Positions 49,070 to 62,248 of a stretch of DNA of 64,000 bases are shown piece after piece. How positions within the stretch are numbered: position 1 is the stretch's first letter; each line of letters opens with the position of its first letter. Origin of the DNA: Eledone cirrhosa (lineage: Eukaryota); NCBI GenBank assembly GCA_964016885.1, contig OZ024741.1, positions 134,292,001 to 134,356,000 of the forward strand, written 5' to 3'. The notes beneath the pieces are model-generated. The model was given only the letters and a program-made list of their open reading frames with translations. It was not told the origin of the DNA and ran no database searches. A program made the position numbers and the translations under genes.

Positions 49070-49212
49070 AACAAAATTTAATATAAAAATGGCTTTTACA
49101 GGACGAGAACTGTTTCATTTGAATCAGGAAATCATCAGGAAAGCCCTGATGATTTTCTTTGAATGAAACGGTTCTAGTCCTGTATAAGACATATCTATAT
49201 TAAATTTTTGCA
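49070..49212. repeat. Imperfect palindrome (about 70-bp arms); each arm carries CTGATGA...GAAAC hammerhead-like boxes
   Basis: Right arm CCTGATGATTTTCTTTGAATGAAACGGTTCTAGTCCTGTATAAG aligns with the reverse complement of the left arm, CCTGATGATTTCCTGATTCAAATGAAACAGTTCTCGTCCTGTAAAAG. Confidence 0.8.
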
Positions 49213-49822
49213 ACTTCGATTCATTCCTAATATATAATATAATATAATATAATATAATTGTTTCTACTTTTGGCACAAGGCCAGCAATTATTCCAATGTA
49301 TTACTGGTACTTTATTTTATCGACCCTGTAAGGATGAAAGGCAAAGTTAACCTCGGCAGGATTTGAACTCAATATAATATATAATATAAGATATATATAT
49401 ATATATATATAGGGTGGTGTTCACAAAAAAGGCAAAAACCACCTATTCAGTTTTCTCATTGTATCCCACAAGAAACATTAACCCTCCACAGTCATCTCCC
49501 TCCCTCCCCATTAAACTGGTCTGTCACTGGAGAGTATGAGTCTGTTCAAAGTTCTTTTCACATGAATTGCCACAGTTTTATGTGAATTTATTCCTTAAAA
49601 CCTCTTCAGTCATGTGATCACCCAAATTTTCAAGAAAAAAAAAAAATCAAATATAAATCTAGCTGAACTTTATTAAGAAAACAAAAGCAAAGGAACCAAA
49701 AGAAAAAAATATATACATAAAATATGAATTGTCGAGGGACTTAGATATGGACGTTGCAGTGTCAGAGTTAACACTGGGTTCATATAAACAGGACAGAATT
49801 AACAAAGGTTCTTTGATTTTTT

Positions 49823-49965
49823 TTATGAGTTTGACAGTCGATAAATGGTTTTATGGTCATATTGTGTATTAAGGCACTGCAAGTTGTCCCACCACTGGAA
49901 CAGGAAATTTTCTGTAATTAACTTGAACCAAGGAGTCAAAAGGATGCCACGGTCCTGGTAATTTT
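49823..49965 (-). CDS. IDI1: IDI1 last coding exon (KNYQDRGILLTPWFKLITENFLFQWWDNLQCLNTQYDHKTIYRLSNS*)
   Basis: Acceptor TTCTTTCTTCCAG; phase matches the previous exon; TPWF...FLF.WWDNL is the type 1 IDI C-terminal motif; TAA at 49823-49825. Confidence 0.93.
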
Positions 49966-50419
49966 CTGGAAGAAAGAAGAGAAAATAAAATTAAGATCAC
50001 AAAGTTAAAATCTATGAAATCAGGTAGAGGGCTAGATATTTTAGAGGGTCGAGTGAAGCCTTTTGTAGATATCATCGTCATTATCATTCAATGTTTGTTT
50101 TCCTTGTTAGCCAGGGTTGGATAGGTCACCACAGATCAAGTCCAATTTTAATTTAAGCTACTAATGTCTCAGATGTACCGAGGGCCCACATCTCCCTTGC
50201 ATACATTCCTGCACTCTACCAAGAGCCACGGGTGCTTTTTATCATTGCACCAGAACTAGGGAAGTTGTAATGTCTTTAACAAAGCTGAAGATATGATCAA
50301 CTTCTACTCCCCTCCACATAAATTGCTGACCTTGTGCATAAATTAGAAATCATTATTTATAATATAGAAGGAAATAAAAGGAGGGTGGAGAAGATATTGA
50401 AAGGTAAACTAGTACTTAC

Positions 50420-50612
50420 TCATCAAGTCTCTCACTCCATCACAGTTTAAATACATGCTACTTTTCACTTCATTGGGATTGAGCTTTATGTCAACATTCT
50501 TTTTAATAATTAAAACATAATCTATTTCATGCTCTCCCCATTTACCATCTTGTGGTACATTACCAGCTTTGTAGTGCATTCTAGTGATGTAATGAATATC
50601 TTCAACAGGTAC
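50420..50612 (-). CDS. IDI1: IDI1 coding exon 4 (VPVEDIHYITRMHYKAGNVPQDGKWGEHEIDYVL...NPNEVKS...RDLM)
   Basis: Acceptor CTTTGCCAG and donor GTAAGT; contains the catalytic WGEHEIDY motif. Confidence 0.94.
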
Positions 50613-51519
50613 CTGGCAAAGATAAGTGTCAATGTTATTATAGATGGTACTAAGGTGGCAGAGTTGTATATAGGAAAAATATGTAGAAGTGTTTGTTCCA
50701 GTTCTTTACATTCTAACTTCAAAACCCACTGAGATCAACTTTACTCATTACAAAGAGGTTGACAAACTATATTTCTAAAGAAAGACACTGCTTATGATTT
50801 TATAATAATTTTGAAAATAATGAGGAATTCAGAGGGATTTATTAATATAACTGACTTCCTCAGTATTGAGCTGGTGTTTGAAACTTAACCCTTTAGAATT
50901 TACATTACTCTATATATACTATTGTATTTTCATGGTAAAGGCTTTACCTTACATAATTATCTTATACAATATTGAGTCTATGAGATTTTGACATTATTTA
51001 TTTTGAGAACAATATCTTAACATCAGTATGAGTGGCCAGTTACAGCCGGTTTGAATAGAGTGAGGTGAGAGAATTCTGGGCAGATACAGCCAGTTAAAGA
51101 TTCTAACAAAATTATGGTGGGAAGCTGCAGCATTGTTTTACGTTCATTTTTCTATGCTTACATGGGTTGGACAGGTCTTTTTCTAGTACAACATCCCTCC
51201 ACTCATTGTAGTTGTTCGTCATCTCAACTATGAGCTATAGGGATTTTGAACAGCTCTCAAAGCCTCTGCCCAAATCATCCTTGGTCTCACCTTACTGCAG
51301 CTCTCTTCCACTTCTTCACCCAACAATCATCCATACACATCACACGGCCATACCTGCAGTCTTCTCTCCTACACACTACATCTGATTTCTCCTACCCTGC
51401 TTTTCTCTCAGTTCAACCATGCTTTGTCATTCATGGACATTAACATTGCGTATGCTCACTTCATTTCTCTCAATGCAACATCACACATTCGTTCATAGAG
51501 AGAAACTTTTTTGTTGTCA

Positions 51520-51846
<327 letters not shown>

Positions 51847-51963
51847 TTAGTGCCACAGTTAACTAACACTACTTAGCACCAGTATTATTATTATGAAGTT
51901 GAAGAGAATAAGGATTTCCTTAGTTCTGTCCTTAACATCAAATATGATCCATTATATATATTT

Positions 51964-53126
51964 AATCATCATTGTTTTTATGTCCATTTTTCCATGCTTA
52001 TATGGATTGTACAGGTTCTTCTCCACACAGCATCTCTTCACTTGTCACTTTCATTTGTCAGCTCCTCTGCCAGTCTTAAGGATTTGAGGTTAGCTCTCAT
52101 ACTCACAACCTCTGCCCATGTCTTTATTGGTCGTCCACTACTACAGCTTCCTTCCACTGAGATTTCTTGGCATTTCTTCACCCATCAGTCATTGTCCATG
52201 CACATCACATGTCCTTCCTTACTAACACAGTCTTCTCTCCTGCACACCACTTTGGATTTCTCTTAAACCCAGCTTCTCCCTCATCTCGTCCAAGCTCTGC
52301 CTTTCTCTCACAATGCCCATCCAATGATGCAGGGTTGCTTCATTTCTCTCCAGTCTATGCATGTCCTCTGCAGTCACAGTCCATGTTTCACTACCATGCA
52401 GCATCGCACTTCAAACACATGCGTCAAATAGCCATCCTTTTGTATGTAGGCAGAAACCTTTCGTTGTCAACAGTGGGAGTAGTTCGCTAAACCTCTTCCA
52501 TCATATCCTCATTGTAGCTATTATACACTCAACACACCTTCCTCTGCTGCTAATTAGGTCACCTAGATAGCAGAATCTATCACCCACATCTATGGACCCT
52601 TACTGTGACTGGAAAAGGTTTATATCACTGGCACTCTTCCTCTTGATTACTCCTGTGCATCTTCTACATACAAAGTTCTCCCTTCCCATTAGTCTACTCA
52701 TTATCCCACTACATCTCTTGTGTACCTAAGATTTATATTGTGTACACCGTATGGAGTTTATGCCTACTCCTTTTCTACATATTGAGCAGGGCCACTTCTC
52801 TGGGTCCTATCATCTTTCCTACTCACTTTTGTTTTGGCTAAGTTTACCCTCAGACCTTTTGATTCCAGTTCTTTTTTTCTAGTTCTTTTTTGGTTTCAGC
52901 TATTCTAGTTCTTTTTTCTAGTTCTGTTTTGGTTTCAGCTATAAGGACCAAATCATTTGCATAGAGAAGTTCCCATAGACAGCCCGTTTTAAACTTCTGT
53001 TATGGCCTGAATAACTATGATGAACAGCAGTGGTCTTAGAACTGAACCTTGATGCACTCCTACCTGTACCTTGAATTCCTCACTAAACTCATTTCTTATG
53101 CTCACTTCATATTAACTATACTACTA
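51964..53126 (-). mobile_element. Degenerate RTE LINE 3' portion in an IDI1 intron
   Basis: VGVHQGSVLRPLLFII...TGCLWELLYANDL...MLHGSETWTVTAEDMHRLERNE remnants and a (GAT)n-type tail. Another fragment lies at about 51130-51560. Confidence 0.85.
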
Positions 53127-53128
53127 TA

Positions 53129-54392
53129 CGAAGTTTGTCCCAAAAGTAAGGATACTGTTATTTTATTTAAATGTACAAGGAATTGCTAGTTATTTCCTTC
53201 AAAATATGACCCTGGGGAAGTCACACAGTGGTTCCAACGTTTTTTCCATTGAGTAGCAGTACCAAAAGTCATTTTCTGTGAGTTTCCTTAGCTCATCAGT
53301 TACAGTTTTTTGTATGTTTTCCACAGTCCCAAAACGATGACCCTTCAGCTTCGATTTCTACTTAGGGAAAAGGTAGAAATCACAGAGCTAGATCTGGGCT
53401 GTAGAGAGGGTGTGGAAGAGTGGGAATGTCTTTCTTTGCAAGAAATTCTCTAACTGAAAGTGTTGTGTGAGTAGGTGTATTATTGTGATGTAGTACCCAA
53501 TCTCCTGCAAAGTCCTTTCGGACTCGAACCTGTTTTTGAAGTCTTTCCAAGACATTTTTATAGAAGATGCAATTAAATGTCTGTCCCGGAGGTAAAAATT
53601 CTTACTACAGCTATCGAAAAAATTGATAATCATCATTTTCACCCTTGATGTCCTCCTGCATGCTTCCTTTAGACAAGAAGAATTTTTTATGAGTTACTCT
53701 TCACTTTGCCATTTTGTTTCTGGATTGAACTCAAACATCCATGATTCATCTTCATCTGCTGTTATCCAAGAAATTTGGCTTTGGCTCAATTTGAAATCTT
53801 TCAAGCAAATCCTGACAAATTTCCAACCAGTTCATTTTTTGCTCATCAAACAAGTGTTTGGGCACTAAAGTTGCACAAATTTTTCACATGTTCAATGGTC
53901 TGTTAAAATTTTGTGCACTACATTTTTATCCAAGACTGTTTTTTTTTGTAATCATCCTAACACTTAATCAGCGATCTTTCGCCATCACCACTTGCAACTT
54001 TTGTTCATTTGATGACAGAATGAGGTTTGTCTTCAACATTTTCTTAGCCCTCTTTGGAAGCTTGTTGCCACTTAAAAACCTTACTTCTCGATAGAGTGGT
54101 ATCTCCATAAGCTTGTGTTAAAGAATTAAATGTTTTGGTGGCAGATTTGTTGTGTTTTACACAAAATTTTATTTGTACCATTGTTCGATATTTTCCTACA
54201 TTGCAAAGTAACAGAGGTTATAAACACATCTGTACATGAACAGTAATAACTCATAACTGACTCAATCAATCATGTTGAAACAAGTATGTGCATACAGCAA
54301 AGGTCCTAAGCAACACATCTATATATATCAACAATGTCGTGCATTACCATGTCATACATAGGAAAATCAGTACCCTCACTTTTGGGACATAC
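53129..54392 (-). mobile_element. Degenerate mariner DNA transposon (second family)
   Basis: TIR match TGTCCCAAAAGTAAGGATACTG / CAGTACCCTCACTTTTGGGACA. Minus-strand remnants LPHPLYSPDLALCDFYLFP and WKKRWNHCV...YFEG. Confidence 0.85.
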
Positions 54393-54601
54393 ACACACAT
54401 ATATATCTCAGTGAGATAGGAAAGTACTCTATGCATGGAAAGAAGCAGAGTGTGTATGCAGGTATGTATGTGTATATATTTATTTATATATATATATAAG
54501 TAGAAGGGATATTTAATTTGTTGGAAATTAAACAAATATAAATGTTTATAACTGATTCAGAGCACTCGACAGATTTCTGGAGTAAATATTCAATGATATT
54601 A

Positions 54602-54641
<40 letters not shown>

Positions 54642-54646
54642 GATAT

Positions 54647-54682
<36 letters not shown>

Positions 54683-55855
54683 GATATTAAATATATATAT
54701 ATATATATATATATATAGGTTATCAGTAAACTACTTTATTAAAGATAACAGCAGTGATATATGAAAAGCTTGATAACATTGATAACAAATGAATTGAGAT
54801 AACAAAGGATTAGGTTGGAGAACTCATTCAGACAGTAAAATTATGCCCACTTCAAATAGAACCAAGGAGGACTTATCACTACAGAGTATGTGTGCGTGTG
54901 TGGTGCAAGCATGATTGCATGATTAATAAGTTCACTCCAGAACCATGTGGTATTAGGTTCAATAGTACTGCAGGGTATTATGGGCAAATGTCTACTATTA
55001 TAGCCCTAAGCCAACCAATGCTTCATAAGTGAATTTGGTTAAAAGAAAGTATATTTTAGATATTTTCTGTTAAATCAATACAAGATGTTAAGAGTTAATA
55101 TTTTAAATGATCACAACAATTTGTCCACTAATAAAAGAACTACAAACATTTGAATTACCAAACCTATTTTTCGATATTTTCTGTTAAATCATTACAGGGT
55201 GTTGAGGGTTAATACTGTGATATAGATCAAGGGACATAACTCTGCTCTTTTTCCTACCTCAGTTGAGTTGCTGCTGCTGTTGTTTAGCCCCAGGACAACC
55301 CTGATGGAGTAGACCTATGATCAAATATATTTCAGCTATGACATTCCAATATTATTTTCAAAGATAGTGTAACTAGAATTACAAATCTAATATAGTTTAT
55401 ATTTTTAGGTGATAAAGTGTGAGTTGCAGGAGATTTAGCTGCCATTTTCAGAAGGTTGAGCAACTATGTAGAGGCTGCTCAATGTTAACAATCAAGGAAA
55501 ATCAAGCAGATGTAAAAATAATTGTTCCAACAAAACAACATAAATAAAATGCACGCAGTCCACTCTGGAAAGTGGTAGTTTTGGTGTCACAAAGAAAACT
55601 CACAGGACACCCAGTAAAGTGGTCGGCATTATGTAAAAACCATACAAAATAAAATATGGAATGTAAAAAGAAAGAAAGTTGTCGCTCTGACCCATCTGGT
55701 CTCAGACCGTGAGAACCTGTCCAACCCATGCCAACAAGGAAAGGGGATGTATGATGATGATCATCATGATGATAACCATGATGGTAGTGGTGGCAGTGAA
55801 GAAGAGGCAAAAATGGTTAGGGGTAAGTCAAAGGAAAATTGTTTGAATAAAATCA

Positions 55856-56116
<261 letters not shown>

Positions 56117-57273
56117 TTAAAAATGATAATAATGTTGAGGTGTTACCCAACATAGGATCTACAAAGAACTGCAAGGCAACACCCTAACATCATTGTTATC
56201 ATTTTTAACATTTAATGTCCAATTCATATTGTGATAGCATGGTTAAGAATAAGGCATGGTTTGACATGGTAGAAAAAAACTGCCTCAAAAAGAGAAAAAG
56301 TTTCATCCAATGCATGCAAACATGGAGCAGGGGACATAAAAGCAATGACACGCCATCCCATGAGAAGGGTTTTATTACTGACAACTGAGAACACATTAAA
56401 CCCAAGTTAAAAGATTACATTTATTTGTCGATCTTTCAACAAGTTGTTCTTCAATACTTTCTAAAAGTAAAGAGCTGCAAGAGACACTGGAGCCACAAGA
56501 GGCATCAGATCTACAAGTGGCACAGGAGTCGCCAGAGACACCAGTTGCTTCCAGAGACACTGGTGGCACAGGTTCCCAACACCACATCTAGTGCTACCCA
56601 AATGATGTCTCTTTCAACAAACTTCCTTCCCCTTTGATAACATTAACAGATGTACTATAAATATATAATACGTTCTTTCACTTATGATAACATTAAGTGA
56701 TGTATTATAAATATATAACAGGTTCCTTCACCTCTGATAACATTAATAAATCATCATCATCATTTAACGTCCATTTGCCATGCTAGCATGGGTTAGATGG
56801 GTTGTCCCATTACCTCCAATTAAAGGTGTTGGGTCAGGTGACCATGTCTAGCTCATATTGGACTGTTTCTGGCTCAATTTCTATGGCTGGATGCCCTTAC
56901 AGAATCCACCAATAAAATGTATTATTCTATTACTTTCTATTATGTGTTCCTGCTGACAGGCTGAGGCCATGCTGGGGCACCACAGGAAAAGAAAAATTTG
57001 TTTAAATATTTTAATACTAATTTACTACAGTACACAGTGTTATCGTAATTTGATCAAACTTTCAAAAGAGGTAATTATATTTATAAAGGTATTTAAACAA
57101 GTTAAATACTTATACAAGTTTTTTTCTTTTTCTAAAGCATGTATATATTTTTTTGGTGGACTCTGTATATAACATAAAATTCTGTTTAAATCTCCTATTT
57201 ACTATCATCAATAATATTTCCATTAATTACTAAGGTAATCAGTTAATATGTGTTTCCAACCTGTAGAATTTAC

Positions 57274-57421
57274 CTTTATTTATATTTGCCATTTGATGGC
57301 ACTCCTGTTTTGTAGCCTTATCCAGGACTCGATCCATCTCATCCACAACTATGCACTCTTCAGACAAAAGTTTTACCTGGGTGGGGTCTAAATTGGACAA
57401 CATTTCAGATGCTAAATGCAT
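57274..57421 (-). CDS. IDI1: IDI1 first identified coding exon (MHLASEMLSNLDPTQVKLLSEECIVVDEMDRVLDKATKQECHQMANINK)
   Basis: LD..QV.LL.E.CI.VDE.D...TK..CH...NI.KG matches the IDI1 N-terminus; donor AAG|GTAAAT. The five exons sum to 708 nt = 235 aa plus stop. The start Met and acceptor (57422 or 57437) are uncertain. Confidence 0.9.
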
Positions 57422-57499
57422 TCTGGAAACAGGAACTCTGCAAATTTGAAACAAATATTATTATTATTATTATCATTATTACTATTATTATCATTATCA

Positions 57500-57770
57500 A
57501 GGGTGGTAGATTGGCAGTACTGGTAGAGCCTCAGACAACATGCTTTGCAGTATTTAGTATTGTCCCTTTATGCTCTGAGATCATTACGGGGTTCGATAAA
57601 ATAAAGTACTAGTAGCGCACTGGGGTCAATTTAATTGACTTTCCCCTTCCCCAAAGTTGTTGGCCTTGGGCCTAAATCAGAAACCATTATTATTAGGGCA
57701 GTGGATTGGCAGTATTAGTAGAATGTCAGACAAAATGCTTTGCAATATTTAGTTATGACTTTCTACTCTG
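57500..57770 (+). mobile_element. Two tandem tRNA-derived SINE copies (second partial)
   Basis: GGTGGTAGATTGGCAG head, GATAAAATAAAGTAC body, GCCTTGGGCCTAAATCAGAAACCATTATT tail, then a second head. Confidence 0.7.
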
Positions 57771-58649
57771 TAAAGAGATTATTGATAGGAAGGCATCCAG
57801 CCATAGAAAACCTGCCAAAGAAAGGGTCAAGAGGACTTTTCAGTTATGTTAAAGACACAGTAACTTCCTAGTGCTGAATATATTAGGTGCATTTTTGCTT
57901 AGCCCCAGCATTAGAGAGGTTGTTACATCTACACTGAAGGGTCCTCTCAACCCTTTTGACACTTCCTAAGGCTTGAAGCCCTTCCTAAATTATGAAAAAT
58001 TGAAATGATTGACAATATACACAGTGGCAGACCTATCCAACCCATATCAGCCATGTTTCAGTGTGTCTAAACAGAATATTAACCCTTTTGATACCAAACT
58101 ACCAGAAACTACCCCTGCTTCTATAATACTATGTTGTTAGTTTTAAAGTGTTTATATTTATCTAAATACCTTCTAACATAATTTTATGTAAGAAGCTATG
58201 TTAAGTTCTAAACACCAACTTAATAAAGATTTTTAATTTAGGCAAAATTGCTTGTAATTTAGGCAGAAGGACAGTTGTCTTGGTGAGGGGGAGTGGATCC
58301 TATCGATCCCAGTACTTAACTGGTACATTATTTTATCAACCTTGGAAGGAGGAAAGACAAAGTTGATCTCAGCAGGATTTGAATTCAGATCATAACTAAA
58401 TGTCACAAAACATTTTGTCTTATGCTCTAACGATTCTGCCAATTCACCATCCCCACCAGCTTAACGAGAAAATTAGTTACAGTACTATTTATTTAATCAA
58501 TTTAAACGTCCGTATAGAGCTAGTAAGCCACAACAGACTAGGGGTGGTATTTACTACCTCTTACAGTTGAGAAACAAGAGAAAGACACAACAGGAGGCAA
58601 AACAAGCATAAATAATATTTCTAAAAAAAGTGAAAAAGCAAAAGTTTTT

Positions 58650-59070
58650 ATAATAATAATTGTTTCTACTTTTGGCACAAGGCCAGCAATTACCCAGTGC
58701 ATTACTGGTACTTTATTTTATCGACCCCGTAAGGATAAAATAAAGTACCAGTTTCTATAATAATAATAATTGTTTCTACTTTTGGCACAAGGCCAGCAAT
58801 TACCCAGTGCATTACTGGTACTTTATTTTATCGACCCCGTAAGGATAAAATAAAGTACCAGTTTCTATAATAATAATAATTGTTTCTACTTTTGGCACAA
58901 GTCCAGCAATTATCCCAGTGCATTATTGGTACTTTATTTTATCGACCCTGTAAGGATAAAAGGCAAGGTTAACCTCGGCGGGATTTGAACTCAGAACGTA
59001 AAGGGCCATAACTCTGTGCTATAAAGCATGATGTCTGACGCTCTACCGATACTGCTAATTCACCGCCAGA
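58650..59070 (-). mobile_element. Young SINE whose 3' end is present three times in tandem (110-bp period)
   Basis: TGTTTCTACTTTTGGCACAAG starts at 58661, 58771 and 58881; only the third copy continues into the tRNA-like head. Confidence 0.9.
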
Positions 59071-59084
59071 CTATAATAATAATA

Positions 59085-59625
59085 ACTAGCAGAATGGCCC
59101 GGCGTTGCTCGGGTTTCTAAACATAGATTGGCATGTTTATCCCTCCTTTCTGAAACAGTTTCATCGTATGTTCACCAATTGATGCAGAAGTTCTAATAAA
59201 AAGTGAAGTCACCTTGGGTGAATAGGCAAATAATTTTCAATTAAGATTTTTCAAATGCATGTAATTGCGTTCCCTCTCTTTTTTTGTTGCTGTTGGTGTG
59301 ATAGCAGCTGTTAGTCGTACTACTAACACAGTCTAGTCCTCCTTCAGCCAATCGTGTATATCTCCTTCTGCCTCGTCAGCTATGAGAACAATATTTGCTC
59401 TAAGGTTCTTATATATTTGATATATATTTATCCTTATCGAGCCTCGTGAAATAAATACGTTTGTTTATATTTTGTTATTGTGTATGCAAAAATATCTACA
59501 CGAATATATAATTATATATATATATATCTATATATCTAAAACAGAGAATGTGTGTCTGTCTGTCTCCCTAAGGAGCCGGTTTGCAATCTCTCTGTCTTTC
59601 TTAATCTGTCTTTTTAGATAGATAC
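59085..59625 (-). mobile_element. Possible non-autonomous Helitron-like element
   Basis: ACTAG terminus at 59085-59089 next to a GC-rich hairpin CCCGGCGTTGCTCGGG (59098-59113), typical of a Helitron 3' end read in reverse. The far boundary is uncertain. Confidence 0.45.
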
Positions 59626-59944
59626 ATAGCTATAACGTCGCGCCCTTATAATATCTGTCTATGTCTGGCTCTAAGTTCAAATCCTGCCAAGGTCAACTTT
59701 ACCTTTCATCTTTTTGAGGTCAATAAAAAAAATACCAGTCCAGTACTGGGGTCAACTCTTGCTCTAATCTCTTTCTATCACCCACTCACTCTCAATTCTG
59801 TGGAAGAAATCGACTATGGTCAAACCTGAAGAGTTAATGGGTTTTGCCAGGTTTTAAAAATGCTCATAAAACGCTGTATGTCATGACGACACCCCCTACA
59901 ATTCCACAAGATGTTACGAGGGAGGGGTCCATACATACATACAT

Positions 59945-60562
59945 ATGGTCACGTGATGCGCATGAAAGACAACAGTTGTATAAAAAAATGCAGGGTGATC
60001 AAAATTGATGGAAGTTACGGAGTAGGTAGACCCAGAAAAACCTGGGACGATTTTATAAATTCCGACCTTACACACTTACACCTCTCTAAGACAATGTCAC
60101 TGGACCGATATATTTGGCGCTACGCATTAATACAGAAGACTCACCTTGCCTATGTACAAAGCAAAACCTACAGTCAGTAGGCACCTCTTAACCAAATATA
60201 CATCCCCATCCCACTACCCCTACTCCACACCACCACCCCACTCCCACCAACACCACCCTCTCTCTGTAAAGTTATGTTGGTACCACAATATCCAGTCCAA
60301 AATAAATGAGGTCGTGTAGGTGTCACGACAAAAAAACACACAGTCCATGTTGTAATGTGGCCGTGTAGGTAACATGGTAAAAACCTCCCAGTCCACACTG
60401 TAAATGTGGTTGGTGTTAGGAAGAGCATCCAGCCGTAGAAAACCTGCCAAACAGTCCTATACAAGCGAGACATGATCACCCAACCATTCCTGCCTCAAGT
60501 AGGACAACTCCCGTCTAAACCCATGCTAGCGTGGAAGATAGACGTTAAACGATGATGATGAT
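59945..60562 (+). mobile_element. 5'-truncated RTE LINE copy, same subfamily as 11774-13098
   Basis: YGHVMRMKDNSCIKKCRVIKIDGSYGVGRPRKTW...KTYSQ is nearly identical to the 12122-12475 ORF; 3' UTR, CCATGCTAGCGTGG hairpin and (GAT)n tail. Confidence 0.92.
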
Positions 60563-61000
60563 ACATCTACACATACATCCACACATACACACACATCCAT
60601 ACATAGATAAAAGGAAAGGGTTACATTTTACATTGCTTCAGTTCACCCGCCTATTGTGTTTCAGTACTAAGTGATTCTGGGAAATAAACACCTGTGAGAC
60701 AAGAGTGTCATAAAAGATAAGATTTCTCTATATCTCTCATCTCTCTTATCTACTTAATACAATGGAAACTAGAGTTAGTATCTGTCCTTGTGAGATACTT
60801 GTGATTGCTTTTATTTCTTGAATATCTCAATATGTCAGGAAATGTGTCAACCCCCCCACCTCATGCAAGCCATATTTATGAAACCATCCAGCAGCAACAG
60901 CAGCAGTAGTAGTAGTAGGATGAGGAGGTTTGGTATGTTCCTAAGTTGTGTTTGAGGTCAAGGGTTGCAGTCTAAACAAGTTCTGTTTGATATGGTCCAA

Positions 61001-61034
<34 letters not shown>

Positions 61035-61725
61035 GGGTGAGAGGTTGTTGAGATGCGATATCAGTGAAGAGAAAATGAGGAACATAATTTTGCAAGAAAG
61101 AAAGACAGTTCCTGCAACTCCTTGGGTAGCAACAGGTTGTAATAGTAACACAACTATACATTAGAGAGATAAAACATGTTCTACTTAACAGCTTTCTATT
61201 TGCTAACTTTACTAATGTTTAAGAAAGATTAAACAAAAACAGATATCGTAGACAGCTTTGATTGTCAACGAGACTTGACTGACTTTGTTTCTACCATTGG
61301 TAGAAGATATGTGTAGGCTGGAGAGAAATGAAGCAAGCATGTGTCAATGGATGCACAATGTTAATGTGAGAGAATGGTAGAGCTTGTATGAACTTGACAG
61401 AAAAACTGTGTGTGTGTGGGGGGGGGGGGGGGGGCAGTTGAACTCAGAATGTACAAAGTCAACTAAATACTGGAAAGCAATCTGCTTTTTCCCACCCCCT
61501 TTTGACTGACTAATAACAAAGATAAGACATGTTCAGATAGATCACTTAGAGAGATTGTATTTATTTTATACAATTTCTATAGCTTCTGTCATCAAATAAT
61601 GAATAGTAGAGAATAATATCAGACTAGCTTGACCCATAGAAAGATCAGTTTTTATAAATGCGCTTATCTCTATTTGGATGTATACATTTATAAATCTGAC
61701 AATGTTTCATTATATTAAAAGGACA

Positions 61726-62248
61726 ATGGCGGTGGATTGGCAGTATCGGTAGAGGGTCGGACACCTTGCTTTGATGCATAGAGTTACAGCCCTTGCCATT
61801 CTGAGTCCAAATCCCGTCGAGGTTAACTTTGCCTTTCATCCTTACGGGGGTCAATAGAATAAAGTACCAGTGATGCACTGAGATAATTGCTGGCCTTGTG
61901 CCAAAAGTAGAAACAATTATATTAAAAGGACAGTGGATTGGCTGAGCTGGTAGAGTATTGACAAGTGCTTAGAGTATTTGTTCCAGCACTTTACATTTTA
62001 AGTTTGTATCCTGCTGAGGTCAACTTTACCTTTCATCCTTCTGGGGTCAAAAAAATAATGTACCTGTCAAGTACTGGGCTTGATTAACTTTCCCTTTCCC
62101 CAAAATGATGGCCTTGTGCCTAAATTACAATCATTAAATCCCATCGAGGTTAACTTTACCTTTCATCCTTACGGGGTTGATAAACTAAAGTACCAGTAAT
62201 GCAGTGAGTAATTGCTGGCCTTGTGCCAAAAGTAGAAACAATTATATT
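61726..62248 (+). mobile_element. Cluster of three SINE copies (full, full, 3' half)
   Basis: Heads at about 61726 and 61930; repeated GCCTTGTGCCAAAAGTAGAAACAATTAT tails. Confidence 0.8.

Noticed and set aside
56396-56637. Short ORFs on both strands inside an IDI1 intron
   Set aside because: No recognisable homology, and the IDI1 reading frame is complete without them.
61008-61034. A27 tract as the tail of a processed pseudogene
   Set aside because: No adjacent coding remnant, poly(A) signal or clear target-site duplication.
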